From: a virus
Lineage: Duplodnaviria > Caudoviricetes
IMG/VR virus record: IMGVR_UViG_3300031890_000033
Span: 1-33,717 of that record
Length of the DNA stretch: 33,717 nt
Direction: 5' to 3' (one strand)
Positions within the stretch are counted from its first letter, which is position 1, and each line of letters begins with the position of its first letter. The notes beneath the pieces are model-generated. The model ran no database searches. It saw nothing but the letters and a program-made list of their open reading frames with translations, and was not told where the DNA came from. The position numbers were made by a program, and so were the translations under genes. Positions 8,284 through 17,504 of the stretch are shown one piece after another.

Positions 8284-10184
8284 CCAGTAACCAACTTCTT
8301 GGCCACGTCTAGTCCTCTCGCTCCATCCATAATGGATTTGATATTGAATTCAGCTTCAGCATTAGCTTGCGCGATATGCTCTTCAATTGTGTTCCTAGAG
8401 AACACTTTCCAAATAGTCACTTGGTGAATTTTACTAAGTCGGTGGAGCCTATCCTCAACTTGCTCCTGGTCTGAAGTATTCCAGGTCTCATCAAGAATGA
8501 CCATTTCATCGGCTGCATCCAAAGTCAAACTCACCCCGCCAGCGGTTGTCGTTAATAGCAAGACGCGAGTAGGACTGGTTGGATTATTTTGCCAATCGTC
8601 TTTGATTTCCTCTCGTTTCTTGTCTGGCGTATAACCAGTGAACTTATGGCTCAGGATTCCCTCTTTGGCGAGTCCATACGCGAAAGCATCAATGAGCTTT
8701 GAGAACTGACTGGCAACCACAATCTTAGGCACGTCGGCTGGAGCATGACGATAATCTGGCGCCATATCTTTGTCGATACCTCGCTCATTAAGAAATTCGA
8801 TGAGCCATTCATACTTATTACTTGGCAAGATTGGTATGAATACACCATCATCGTTGAGCTTTCCATAACTACCGGCAAATTGCTTAAGTCTTGTGAGTTC
8901 CGCCAAGATGCCGGTGGTCTGTAATATGCCACCTTCAATTTCGGTCTGTGCCTTACGTTCCATCTCTTCATATGCCCTCGCTTGCTCGTCTTCCATTTCA
9001 AGCCAAATGATATTATAGAGCTTTGGCGGGAGATCAGCAGCGACTTCTGCTTTGGTTCGTCGAATCATAACGCTTGATGCCTCTTTATACATTGCATCTT
9101 TGTCTTTAATGCGACCGATTACCATGCCATAACCATTCTGATATGTATCAAAATGCTCATTAATCCATCGCCAATAACTCCTGAATAGATCAGGCTTAAG
9201 CCAGTTGAGCTGGCCCCACAGATATTCTTCTTTGCCCCTAAACGGAGTTCCTGATAATGCAAGTCGCAATCCTTGCTCTTTTACCGTAAGCGCGCCTAAT
9301 CCTTGCTTCTGAGCAGACCATTTCTTTCGATTGCCTGACCCGCCGGCAATTGTCTGGTGAGATTCATCAATGATAATTGCTGACCATTCATAGTCGAACA
9401 ATTCCTGAACGGCCTCACCGACGATCTTGAACTGCTTTTGGCCGTCCTTTTTGACATAATTGCCATATTCATCTATCTGAGCTTTGATTCTGACATAATT
9501 CGGACTTGTGATAACCCAAATACGCTTTATGTCATCGCGCTTTTCCATAATTTCAATGGCACGATTAACCACATAACCACGCTCATCAGGGCTTAAATGT
9601 GCACCGATAGTGATAACTTTCTCACCAGGCGCCCATTTCCTTAGCTCTTGTGGCCAAGTTAGCTTTGCGGCGGATTTGGGGGCAATGACGAGGATGGGGC
9701 CAGTAAGGCCCGATTCAATAATTGCTGCAATTGACTGAATGGTTTTTCCAAGTCCTGGCTGATCTGCGATAAGGCAGCTGCGGTTTCTGGATGCAAAGGC
9801 TGCTCCAACAGATTGGAAAGGTCTTGCACTAATTGCGCTCCAGATTTGAGGATATTTCTCGCGGATTCGCGGTAGGTCGATGAGTCCCATGTGCTGGACA
9901 TCTGGAATGGTCTCCTGTCTTGCTTTTTCCTGCATTGCCCATTCATTGAGCGATGGCGAAATCTTGATATTGGCGTCAAATCTATTTGCTACTTCGCGTG
10001 CTTTTACACAAGTATCCCAGTGGGCGGGAAACACCCAGAATTTGTGTTCACCGTTCCAAATTGCTGGCCCAGGCAATCTTGCCTTGAGCTCACGATTTAA
10101 GTCTGGGTCATAACCGTCAAGTTTCACCCAAATCTTGAGTGCTTGATACTCATCGGTTAAGCCCATTAGCCACTGACGGCTCAT
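8280..10184 (-). CDS. SNF2-family (SF2) DNA helicase
   Basis: ADQPGLGKT, IIDESH, LSGTP, MIRRTK, GGVSLTL, QVEDRLHR motifs. Confidence 0.93.
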   Translation of the reverse strand: MSRQWLMGLTDEYQALKIWVKLDGYDPDLNRELKARLPGPAIWNGEHKFWVFPAHWDTCVKAREVANRFDANIKISPSLNEWAMQEKARQETIPDVQHMGLIDLPRIREKYPQIWSAISARPFQSVGAAFASRNRSCLIADQPGLGKTIQSIAAIIESGLTGPILVIAPKSAAKLTWPQELRKWAPGEKVITIGAHLSPDERGYVVNRAIEIMEKRDDIKRIWVITSPNYVRIKAQIDEYGNYVKKDGQKQFKIVGEAVQELFDYEWSAIIIDESHQTIAGGSGNRKKWSAQKQGLGALTVKEQGLRLALSGTPFRGKEEYLWGQLNWLKPDLFRSYWRWINEHFDTYQNGYGMVIGRIKDKDAMYKEASSVMIRRTKAEVAADLPPKLYNIIWLEMEDEQARAYEEMERKAQTEIEGGILQTTGILAELTRLKQFAGSYGKLNDDGVFIPILPSNKYEWLIEFLNERGIDKDMAPDYRHAPADVPKIVVASQFSKLIDAFAYGLAKEGILSHKFTGYTPDKKREEIKDDWQNNPTSPTRVLLLTTTAGGVSLTLDAADEMVILDETWNTSDQEQVEDRLHRLSKIHQVTIWKVFSRNTIEEHIAQANAEAEFNIKSIMDGARGLDVAKKLVTG

Positions 10185-10216
10185 TGGGTTCCTCTCGTTC
10201 TTCTGTCCATACTTTA

Positions 10217-10245
10217 ATTATAGTCCACTTTCGATTGAAAAGGAA
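10217..10245 (-). promoter_or_regulatory. promoter TTCCTT-N17-TATAAT upstream of helicase
   Basis: Consensus -10 in an intergenic gap; the -35 is weak but is followed by TTC like the other early promoters. Confidence 0.55.
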
Positions 10246-10260
10246 GATTTCAAAGGCGCT

Positions 10261-10572
10261 TTAAATAAACTGTTCATGTATTATACCAGGAGTAGTCGTT
10301 GACGTTGGCGACGGAGCTACCATTGGCGGGACCGTCGTTGACGATGTGCCGCGACAATCTGGGCCCCAGGATGGAGGACATTGTCTGCAACTGCCGTCTG
10401 GCATAATATATTCTGAACAACCACTGCCTGGTGGCGTTGTAATTACTGGTGCTATTGGCTTGAGCGGTGGCCCAATATAAACATGCTCGTGCGGGGATAT
10501 AGCAGAATTGATTACCACAATTCCCATAACTCCTCCGCCAACGAAGCCGAGCATAAATGCCTTAACAATCAT
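10261..10572 (-). CDS. membrane-anchored Pro/Thr/Cys-rich protein
   Basis: N-terminal hydrophobic segment and 4 Cys. Start moved to ATG 10572 (ATGA overlap). Confidence 0.6.
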   Translation of the reverse strand: MIVKAFMLGFVGGGVMGIVVINSAISPHEHVYIGPPLKPIAPVITTPPGSGCSEYIMPDGSCRQCPPSWGPDCRGTSSTTVPPMVAPSPTSTTTPGIIHEQFI

Positions 10573-11222
10573 CCTACTCCTATCACGCTGTCTGCATAAC
10601 ATGCGTGGAATCCAAAGTCATCTGCGAATTGAATAATCACTTTTTCTTCCTTGTTCGTTATTACTTTGAAATTTTTAGGCTTAATCATGGCTGATTTAAC
10701 CGCACCATTAATGCGATTAACCCAAGTTATTGTTGTGTTTCTATGTTTCAGGAGGGCCGCTTTAACCTCGCCAGCTTTTGACTCAGTATCCCAAGGCACA
10801 CTCGTTGAAAGTCGCTCTACTAGGCTCTCGGCGGGTAGCTCGGAGATAGCGATTCCCGGCCCTGAGGCTAACGGTAGCGCGATGCTTCGACGGGCTCGGT
10901 GCGAGGCCCTACGCATCCGTTCGGCATCCGGTAAGTCCTGTGCCAGCTTTGCAGCATGGCTGATATTTCGACATTTTATTGGGTTACCTGCGAATGTATA
11001 CCAAACATCTGGCCACCATTGTGTCTCTGGCCACTCGATGTCGATGCGTTCATTATCGCCGCGCGTAGCGTTCAAATGTAGAATTTCGCTGTCATCATCG
11101 ACATACCACTTACCAGTCCATTCAAAATCCTTGATGAACTTTGCAAAGTTATTGACTTTGTCTTTATGCGTTGCCCCAAATGAATGGTAGCCAGATGGAT
11201 TCTTAACGGTGCCTCTACTCAT
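10569..11222 (-). CDS. hypothetical protein
   Basis: 217 aa, coupled in the operon, RBS GAGG. Confidence 0.75.
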   Translation of the reverse strand: MSRGTVKNPSGYHSFGATHKDKVNNFAKFIKDFEWTGKWYVDDDSEILHLNATRGDNERIDIEWPETQWWPDVWYTFAGNPIKCRNISHAAKLAQDLPDAERMRRASHRARRSIALPLASGPGIAISELPAESLVERLSTSVPWDTESKAGEVKAALLKHRNTTITWVNRINGAVKSAMIKPKNFKVITNKEEKVIIQFADDFGFHACYADSVIGVG

Positions 11223-11604
11223 TTGCCTCTACTATTTCTGCTGCGCGTTTTAATGCTGTTTCCCAAAAACCATCGCGATAAGCCTGTTCATAAACGTCTA
11301 GTAGATCCTCGGCAGCATCAAGTGCTTCTTCTATATTTGCTTTATTCAGCAAATCTTCGGCTTCAGCTAGCTCTGCTATGTCATCTATAACCATTATTGG
11401 CGTAGGATCACCTGACCATTCGCCGGATAATGGGTCTGGACACATATTCATGACTTCTTCATTATTAGACTCGAAACCTGCTAATAAGATTTCTGCTGTG
11501 TCTCGACCAGTTTTATGATTGATAAGTAGTTCGGCAAATACTTCACCTTTGGTTCGGCCAAGTCGGTACGCTGCCTCAGATAATGGATCGTTGTACTTAC
11601 TCAT
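11215..11604 (-). CDS. hypothetical acidic protein
   Basis: Contains PLSGEW and YEQAY.DGFW. Likely start ATG 11604. Confidence 0.7.
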   Translation of the reverse strand: MSKYNDPLSEAAYRLGRTKGEVFAELLINHKTGRDTAEILLAGFESNNEEVMNMCPDPLSGEWSGDPTPIMVIDDIAELAEAEDLLNKANIEEALDAAEDLLDVYEQAYRDGFWETALKRAAEIVEANE

Positions 11605-11800
11605 GTTCTGCCTCACCATCACTGAGTAATTGGTTAGCTTTTACAAAGACGTCCCAGGAATATATGCCTTTTTCGTCTGAAAGGCGCACGTAAGCGCCTA
11701 CCAGACCTCCTCGCTCGTCTTTCACCTCGCGTTTAACTACACATGGAACAATATAGCAGCCACCTGGAGATAATTTACCACCAGGAAATTTCGCATACAT
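11597..11800 (-). CDS. hypothetical protein
   Basis: 67 aa, TAATG coupling. Confidence 0.6.
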   Translation of the reverse strand: MYAKFPGGKLSPGGCYIVPCVVKREVKDERGGLVGAYVRLSDEKGIYSWDVFVKANQLLSDGEAEHE

Positions 11801-12168
11801 TATACTGCTATCCTAACTGCTATCATTGGGTTATCACAACCTGGACATGGCTTGGGCGGCTCCATTACATTCCCGCCGGAATTCAGCCATTCAATGCCAT
11901 TATCATCAAAATTAGCCTTATCCCACGTCCCACCTTCTGGGCCTCCGTTCTGTGGGTGATAGAAGCAACCATTGGCTTGCACTCTATCAATATGTTTACA
12001 ATGTTGATCGCCATATTCACCAGAGAACTTAAACGCCGGACATGTACACGACGCTGGATCATATGGATTCACAGTAACATTATAAATATTGCCGCTGCTT
12101 CCGCTTATCTGGAAGTTACTTGCCCATTGTGGGCAGATTAGCGCAACTTCAATGGTTAAATCTGGCAT
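11800..12168 (-). CDS. SWIM zinc-finger protein
   Basis: GSSG..Y.V.......SCTCPAF........CKHI plus a C-terminal CPGC. Confidence 0.8.
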   Translation of the reverse strand: MPDLTIEVALICPQWASNFQISGSSGNIYNVTVNPYDPASCTCPAFKFSGEYGDQHCKHIDRVQANGCFYHPQNGGPEGGTWDKANFDDNGIEWLNSGGNVMEPPKPCPGCDNPMIAVRIAV

Positions 12169-12171
12169 ATT

Positions 12172-12348
12172 TCACCATGGCCATTGTTGTAATGTCTTTC
12201 CATCGTCCTCACCGCCCATGATTTGGGCGTTGTGCATTCTATCGAAATGATTTGAGCTGAGTGTACATAGAAATCCTTGATCACTCACGCTCGCACACTT
12301 GCCAATACTTTGTAAAAATTGAATGTCTTCATCACTTGGTCTGTTCAC
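12172..12348 (-). CDS. small Cys/His protein (58 aa, not in ORF track)
   Basis: Manual translation MNRPSDEDIQFLQSIGKCASVSDQGFLCTLSSNHFDRMHNAQ...QQWPW fills the operon gap. Confidence 0.6.
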   Translation of the reverse strand: MNRPSDEDIQFLQSIGKCASVSDQGFLCTLSSNHFDRMHNAQIMGGEDDGKTLQQWPW

Positions 12349-12349
12349 A

Positions 12350-12490
12350 TTATTCTGTGATCCTTTCCAGTGTCTTTTCTAGCCATTCCTTGTCATCGCA
12401 GCTTTTGACAGCTACGATAACCTGTTCACCTAAATCCTCAAGGAGGGCTTTATCACTGGTGAATTCATCTTCACTGCTTGGAACTATCAT
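12350..12490 (-). CDS. small acidic protein (46 aa, not in ORF track)
   Basis: MIVPSSEDEFTSDKALLEDLGEQ...LERITE, with ATGA overlap to the upstream gene. Confidence 0.55.
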   Translation of the reverse strand: MIVPSSEDEFTSDKALLEDLGEQVIVAVKSCDDKEWLEKTLERITE

Positions 12491-12684
12491 TTGGCTTGTT
12501 CCTTTTGTTTATTTTCACGTAACCAATCTTTGAATAGCTTGAAACATACTTCATGCATATCAAAGTTACCGGCTGTTCGCATATCGCGCGACTCTTGATT
12601 TAATTCAGATTTCAGAACGCGAAGTTTGTAGAAAGGCTTAATAAGTTCCTTCCCGCAAACATCGCATACGACGACACTACTCAT
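12487..12684 (-). CDS. small zinc-binding protein
   Basis: CDVCG...HEVC. Confidence 0.65.
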   Translation of the reverse strand: MSSVVVCDVCGKELIKPFYKLRVLKSELNQESRDMRTAGNFDMHEVCFKLFKDWLRENKQKEQAK

Positions 12685-12963
12685 TTAAGCACCTGCCTTC
12701 TTTCTCAGTGGTGCGACATTTGGATATAGAACAGCTGCGTGATCTACTGCGAACCGAATATGCGCTCGCGCAGTTTGCATGGCGTAATAGCTTCGCCCAA
12801 TGGCCATTGCCATTTCATACGTGGATTCATCTCGCTCAATTCCACGTATGACGCGATCGACTTCATCATCTTCCCAGCGCATACCTGTACGGTTTGCATT
12901 ACGTTTAGTCTTTTCGACCATGCGCTTGAAGTCACGCTTTTGTTTGGCGCCCCATTTGGCCAT
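12685..12963 (-). CDS. putative HTH DNA-binding protein
   Basis: RW...E......G......MA.AIGRS..A, a Myb/HTH-like pattern; basic. Confidence 0.6.
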   Translation of the reverse strand: MAKWGAKQKRDFKRMVEKTKRNANRTGMRWEDDEVDRVIRGIERDESTYEMAMAIGRSYYAMQTARAHIRFAVDHAAVLYPNVAPLRKKAGA

Positions 12964-14183
12964 TACTTAATCTCTTTCCTGTTTTGTTCTTTGACTTCTT
13001 CATCGGCTCGCAAATTCACGCTTTGCGCCGCTGCTTGACCACGAGACCATGCAGCTGCGTCATATCGCGTAGTTGGGTCCTCGCGAATTGCGCGATACCT
13101 GATTCGCGCTGTTGTTTGACGCTTACGCCACCGTTCTTCTTCTCTCAAACGATCACGCGCGATCTTGGCTTTTTCGACATCACTGAGCGCATCCCACTTC
13201 GCTTGGCGTTCAGCATCACGCTGAGCATCCTTTTGTCGTTTGACTTCTGGATCAAACTCAGGAAACACGCGATAGAATTCAGCATCCACACGATCTCGCG
13301 TATCGACCAGTGCGAGCGCGAATTTATTGGCGTCCACATGCTCTTCACCTTCTTGAGCAATTTTCCTGATATCATCGAGCCGTTTCTTGATTGTTGCCCG
13401 ATATGATCGCGCAAAACTATTTCGCGTGGCTATTCTTAACTGAGTCCCGCCAGCATACGGATATTTGAGATCCTTGCTATCACAATATTTCTTGCACGCT
13501 CGCTTCAACTTATGAATTGATTGGCCCCACGGCGTGTTACCTGGGTCAATCGCTTCGCCAACTTTCCAGCCTAGCTTTGTGTAGAACATTTCTGCCTGAT
13601 CTTGATCTTGATAACGCCATGGCCACTTCAATCGTGTGTCTTTCGCCTTCTCAGCTAGCAACACTTGATTTTTCCAGCTTACGCCAGCGCTCGCGAATAC
13701 ATATGCGTTGTACTCGATGGACTTGTTGATGTCCCATTGCGGATTGACATTATTAACGAATGTCTTGAAAACATTGAACCAAATCCTTTCCGCGTAGGTA
13801 ATGTCGTCTTTGTATCCGACGATCTGATATATCCGCTGCCCCTCACGATACCGCCAATTGGTATTCACGCGAACGTTACAATGGTCGAGGATATACATCA
13901 TCATATCCACGACCTGGTTGTCGAACTCCCATTGGTCATTTACTGCTTCGCTGCGTTGTTCTGCGAAGTTCACTGACCAACTTTCGGTTACTGGAGTGCG
14001 AACTCTGTTACCACCGCGTTCTGCAGCTTGGCGGGCCTCGTGCTCATCAATCATATGTTGAGCCATCAGCTTTTCTGCGCGTTCCTCCGCCAATTCACGC
14101 TCGTGCGGTGATGCGCCTTCATCAGCTGCCAAAAGCAACAGTTTGTTGATTCTGGCCATTATATTTTCATTTGGTTCGGTCAT
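12963..14183 (-). CDS. DUF2786-domain protein
   Basis: N-terminal RINKLL.LA......ERELA...A.KLM..H.I and C-terminal A..RG..AA..VNL. Confidence 0.8.
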   Translation of the reverse strand: MTEPNENIMARINKLLLLAADEGASPHERELAEERAEKLMAQHMIDEHEARQAAERGGNRVRTPVTESWSVNFAEQRSEAVNDQWEFDNQVVDMMMYILDHCNVRVNTNWRYREGQRIYQIVGYKDDITYAERIWFNVFKTFVNNVNPQWDINKSIEYNAYVFASAGVSWKNQVLLAEKAKDTRLKWPWRYQDQDQAEMFYTKLGWKVGEAIDPGNTPWGQSIHKLKRACKKYCDSKDLKYPYAGGTQLRIATRNSFARSYRATIKKRLDDIRKIAQEGEEHVDANKFALALVDTRDRVDAEFYRVFPEFDPEVKRQKDAQRDAERQAKWDALSDVEKAKIARDRLREEERWRKRQTTARIRYRAIREDPTTRYDAAAWSRGQAAAQSVNLRADEEVKEQNRKEIK

Positions 14184-14620
14184 GGGTTCCTCTCCTGTAA
14201 TTCACCTAACGGATTACAAATTAACACTGGTTTTCTCTGTTTGAGAGCATAGTGAATGGTGTACCACGTACCACTACCTCGCATCTTCTCTGGGCCATCA
14301 GGTAATGCAATCAGCTTATCAACAGCATTAACAATATCTCTGTTCCTCGGGAGGAATTCTTTCCTTGGATACCATATACAATTGGCATAGTCCCAGTCTG
14401 TGTACTTCATTTCACGCGATGTGTCGATCGACGGGTGAAGGATGATTTGCTCAAGTCCTAAGTCTAGGCTGTTTTTAGCTACTTTATGCGCAAATGCATC
14501 AGAACCAACGCAACAACCGTGATGGAACTCTGCTGGAGAATTGTCCAACACATATTGGAGCAGCCATCTCTTTTGCTCCGACGTTGGCTCGTGACGAGAA
14601 CCTGTGAAACCTAGGTTCAC
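14180..14620 (-). CDS. SLOG-superfamily (DprA/Smf-like) nucleotide-binding protein
   Basis: GFTGSR, HHGCCVGSD, RNRDIV...D.LIA, SGTWYTIHYA. Start GTG 14620. Confidence 0.78.
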   Translation of the reverse strand: MNLGFTGSRHEPTSEQKRWLLQYVLDNSPAEFHHGCCVGSDAFAHKVAKNSLDLGLEQIILHPSIDTSREMKYTDWDYANCIWYPRKEFLPRNRDIVNAVDKLIALPDGPEKMRGSGTWYTIHYALKQRKPVLICNPLGELQERNP

Positions 14621-14940
14621 TCTTGCTCCTGTAACCATGTCTCAAAACGATACATATAATCCATGAAGTACTGTAGGACATCTTTCCAGTTTGTACTATG
14701 CATCACGATGAATCGTTCGGATACTTCGCCATCGCCAGCCATTACCACCCATCTACCAGCATTTGAACCGTAGTCATCGCGAATAACGGTTAACATTGTT
14801 GGCTTAGTCTCGTCATTGAGAATCTGAGACGTTATTTCAGGACATCCCATACTTTCTGGAGTTGCGCCTGTACCATCTATCAGCCAATCGCTTGGCCAGT
14901 AGATTTCTGTCTCCGTTGTAGAGATTGTTACATTACCCAT
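14617..14940 (-). CDS. hypothetical protein
   Basis: 107 aa, coupled to neighbours. Confidence 0.65.
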   Translation of the reverse strand: MGNVTISTTETEIYWPSDWLIDGTGATPESMGCPEITSQILNDETKPTMLTVIRDDYGSNAGRWVVMAGDGEVSERFIVMHSTNWKDVLQYFMDYMYRFETWLQEQE

Positions 14941-15212
14941 TACATTGCCTCCTTGTAAGCGTCGATAACATCTTTCGGCAGCGTCCCGCCCTTAGCGACG
15001 TGGAAGCCAGCATCCTTTGCCCATTGACGAATTTCTTTGGTCGGAGCCGGCAGATTTTCACCATATGGATATTTACTAGCACTGATTTGTTTTGGGCGCT
15101 TAGAGTGCACCTTCACTGGTGGCTTAGGCGGTTCATCCGGCCCAAACGCGGCTGTCGCCAACATCAGAACTTCATGAAGCTCACGTGGCTCCATATCAAT
15201 GGTTATCTTCAC
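14940..15212 (-). CDS. Lsr2-like DNA-binding domain protein
   Basis: C-terminal EIRQWAKDAGFHVAKGGTLPKDVIDAY resembles Lsr2 IREWA...G..VS.RGRIP..V..AY. Confidence 0.75.
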   Translation of the reverse strand: MKITIDMEPRELHEVLMLATAAFGPDEPPKPPVKVHSKRPKQISASKYPYGENLPAPTKEIRQWAKDAGFHVAKGGTLPKDVIDAYKEAM

Positions 15213-15790
15213 GCTTCGCGCTCACTCTCTGGAGTTACTGGATTATCATTAAGATAGTTTTGAAGCTCTTCCAGCGAACCAGTCAGATCCCAATTCTCGA
15301 AAATACCGACACTTGGATCGCCATATGGATCGAGTTCCTTGATCGAATCCACAATCGCTTGAAGAATCCGCCGATCAACGTTCGCCATAGCGAACTCATT
15401 GAGCGTATGCCTAATCTCCAGGGCTTCGAGTGCACCATAGATCAAATTAGCTGGTACCACGACAAGTTCACCTGTGTCCACCGCGTCTGCGTTATTGACT
15501 AATTGCTCATCGTGCTCTCCTGTCATATGAAAGCCATACGACATATGGTCTGGCCCGCAGATTTCGCATGGCGTAACAAGCACCAAATCCTCGAAATCCC
15601 AGTCTTCACGAGGACTATGGTCTTCGGGTAAATGGCCATGTGGATCTTGCTCCCAGCGTACTGTAACAATACGCAAGTCAAGCCGATTAGGGCTGCCTGG
15701 TGGTGGACTATCATCTACATACTCTACTGTGCCTTCACCTAAGCACGGTAGTTGTTTTGAGCGAACTTTATCGCCTTCTTTGATTTCCAT
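15209..15790 (-). CDS. hypothetical protein (N-terminal SH3/KOW-like segment)
   Basis: Begins IKEGDKVRS...GEGTV; preceded by the GAGAGGAACCC RBS. Confidence 0.7.
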   Translation of the reverse strand: MEIKEGDKVRSKQLPCLGEGTVEYVDDSPPPGSPNRLDLRIVTVRWEQDPHGHLPEDHSPREDWDFEDLVLVTPCEICGPDHMSYGFHMTGEHDEQLVNNADAVDTGELVVVPANLIYGALEALEIRHTLNEFAMANVDRRILQAIVDSIKELDPYGDPSVGIFENWDLTGSLEELQNYLNDNPVTPESEREA

Positions 15791-15799
15791 GGGTTCCTC

Positions 15800-16075
15800 T
15801 CATCCTGGTGATTTGTATATCTTTTTTGCGTCGGCTAAATCCGACATCTTACCGGCTGTTGTTTGCCGGAAGTGCGTGGACGAGTTTACGACTGCTGGTT
15901 TGATTTCCAAAACAGTCGCAGTACTCGGCTTGACTCTAACGCGCAACTTTGGGTCATGATGTTGCATAGCTTCCGCGTGTTGCGCAGCGTCATCTTGCTC
16001 GTCATGCGTGCTGCGTACTGTCCACACTTGTCTTTTCGCATTCCACGCTAAGACTCGCCAAACTGGCTTTTTCAA
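15800..16075 (-). CDS. hypothetical protein
   Basis: Start reassigned to TTG 16075 because the RBS motif at 16078-16088 and the promoter at 16117-16145 lie inside the longer ORF call. Confidence 0.65.
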   Translation of the reverse strand: MKKPVWRVLAWNAKRQVWTVRSTHDEQDDAAQHAEAMQHHDPKLRVRVKPSTATVLEIKPAVVNSSTHFRQTTAGKMSDLADAKKIYKSPG

Positions 16076-16116
16076 TTGGGTTCCTCTCGATGAGTCCTCT
16101 CTCACCTTCACCTCTA

Positions 16117-16145
16117 ATTCTAGTCGAAATATCGATGAAAGTAAA
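16117..16145 (-). promoter_or_regulatory. promoter TTTACT-N17-TAGAAT
   Basis: Same -35 and spacer length as 7975 and 19818, with an AT-rich UP-like tract upstream. Confidence 0.72.
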
Positions 16146-16182
16146 TATTTCATAGTAATTTTTAAAAAATTGTTTTTTGATT

Positions 16183-16317
16183 TTATTCATAATCGAGTTT
16201 ACTGTCCTTCCATGCATCGTAGGCATCATCTTCATCATATGGGAAATCATCCTGTGGATCTGGTGGCTCCGTACGTTCCTCATACGCACCTTCGAGCCAA
16301 TCATCAATATCGCTCAT
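16183..16317 (-). CDS. very acidic 44-aa protein (not in ORF track)
   Basis: MSDIDDWLEGAYEERTEPPDPQDDFPYDEDDAYDAWKDSKLDYE, ATGA overlap, GGAG RBS. Confidence 0.65.
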   Translation of the reverse strand: MSDIDDWLEGAYEERTEPPDPQDDFPYDEDDAYDAWKDSKLDYE

Positions 16318-16586
16318 GCCATACTCCACTCATCGTTGGTGCCGTCGATGGTTCCTTCTGGAATGCAGTCGACATGAGCGAGAACGGATGCTTGGAGAGT
16401 TTGGGACCAGATTTCGCCAACCTCGCCATTGGATTCGAGAATCCAGTCCTCTTCATCTCTCTTGATTATCTCTTGACAAAATGCGCAAGCATCGCCATCC
16501 ATTATTTTCTTGGCCATAGTGTATTGAACCTTAAAAAAGGCCTTTGCTTTTCGGTTTTGCTTTTTCTCTGCAGAACCTTTTACCAT
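16314..16586 (-). CDS. hypothetical protein, CxxC...HxxC
   Basis: 90 aa, GGAGG RBS. Confidence 0.65.
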   Translation of the reverse strand: MVKGSAEKKQNRKAKAFFKVQYTMAKKIMDGDACAFCQEIIKRDEEDWILESNGEVGEIWSQTLQASVLAHVDCIPEGTIDGTNDEWSMA

Positions 16587-16774
16587 TCTGGTGTTACCTC
16601 CTCTTCATTGACTGGTTCTTCATCTTCAGGGTTGTAATAGTCATACTCACAGCAATCACTTACTTGCTCTGGGCGGGAATCATAACCAGGTGCGCCCCAA
16701 TACTCGTATGCACCTATGCCAAAGTCTACTGTTATAACTCGGCATTCACGATTACACGCTCTACAGAGAATCAT
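16580..16774 (-). CDS. small Cys-containing protein
   Basis: CRAC...D.GIG.YEYWG..G.D......SDCC, a pattern recalled from small phage proteins. Confidence 0.65.
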   Translation of the reverse strand: MILCRACNRECRVITVDFGIGAYEYWGAPGYDSRPEQVSDCCEYDYYNPEDEEPVNEEEVTPEW

Positions 16775-17471
16775 TGTTCAGCTTAACTTTCGCTTCTTCC
16801 ACCATAAATGTGAACTCCCCGCCAAATTCACGGTTGCCGCAAACTGGGCCAATACCAAGCGCAATGCTTAGCTCGTTTGTCAACGTTCGACCGCATATAC
16901 AGCACGTACCATACAAATGGCCAAATTCGCGCGCTTGCTCTATGGTTAGTCGATCGCTTGGCTTTAGGCTGTATAATGGCTTACGCCCACGGTACTCAAA
17001 CGTAACTTCAGCTGGCGGACCTTCATTGATAACAATCAGCTCTTTGGCCACCTGAACATTCGCACCATGAACTGTGTGATACAACTTGAAGAATACGCCA
17101 TCCTTAGCGCGACGGTACATGCCATCTTCGAGTTCATGTGGTGTCTTCGGCGTTGCATATTGCTCACGTGGCGCTGTTGGTGGCTTATCTGTATGCTTAG
17201 TAGCATATGTTTGCTCCTTGCGCTTTGGTGGGCATTTCTTCAACTCAGTCACAAGCCTATTGACATCTCTACGCAAAATTGGCTTGCCGTTGAATTTGTC
17301 CTCACCTGCTTTGATAACTTGAAATAATTGCCACCAAGCGTCTGGCATTCCCTGTGTCATTGGCGTCCACTCTTTGGATTCCATCAGATCACGGGCGAAC
17401 TTTAAGTGCTGAGGCGTTGCTATTGCTGGCTCTTCTGGCTCGTTTAATTGTAGCCAACCAATGTCACTCAT
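16761..17471 (-). CDS. DUF6011-domain protein
   Basis: C-terminal CCICGRTLTNELSIALGIGPVC. Confidence 0.8.
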   Translation of the reverse strand: MSDIGWLQLNEPEEPAIATPQHLKFARDLMESKEWTPMTQGMPDAWWQLFQVIKAGEDKFNGKPILRRDVNRLVTELKKCPPKRKEQTYATKHTDKPPTAPREQYATPKTPHELEDGMYRRAKDGVFFKLYHTVHGANVQVAKELIVINEGPPAEVTFEYRGRKPLYSLKPSDRLTIEQAREFGHLYGTCCICGRTLTNELSIALGIGPVCGNREFGGEFTFMVEEAKVKLNNDSL

Positions 17472-17504
17472 TGTAGTTCCTCTCAGAAACGGTTGCGTCG
17501 CATA

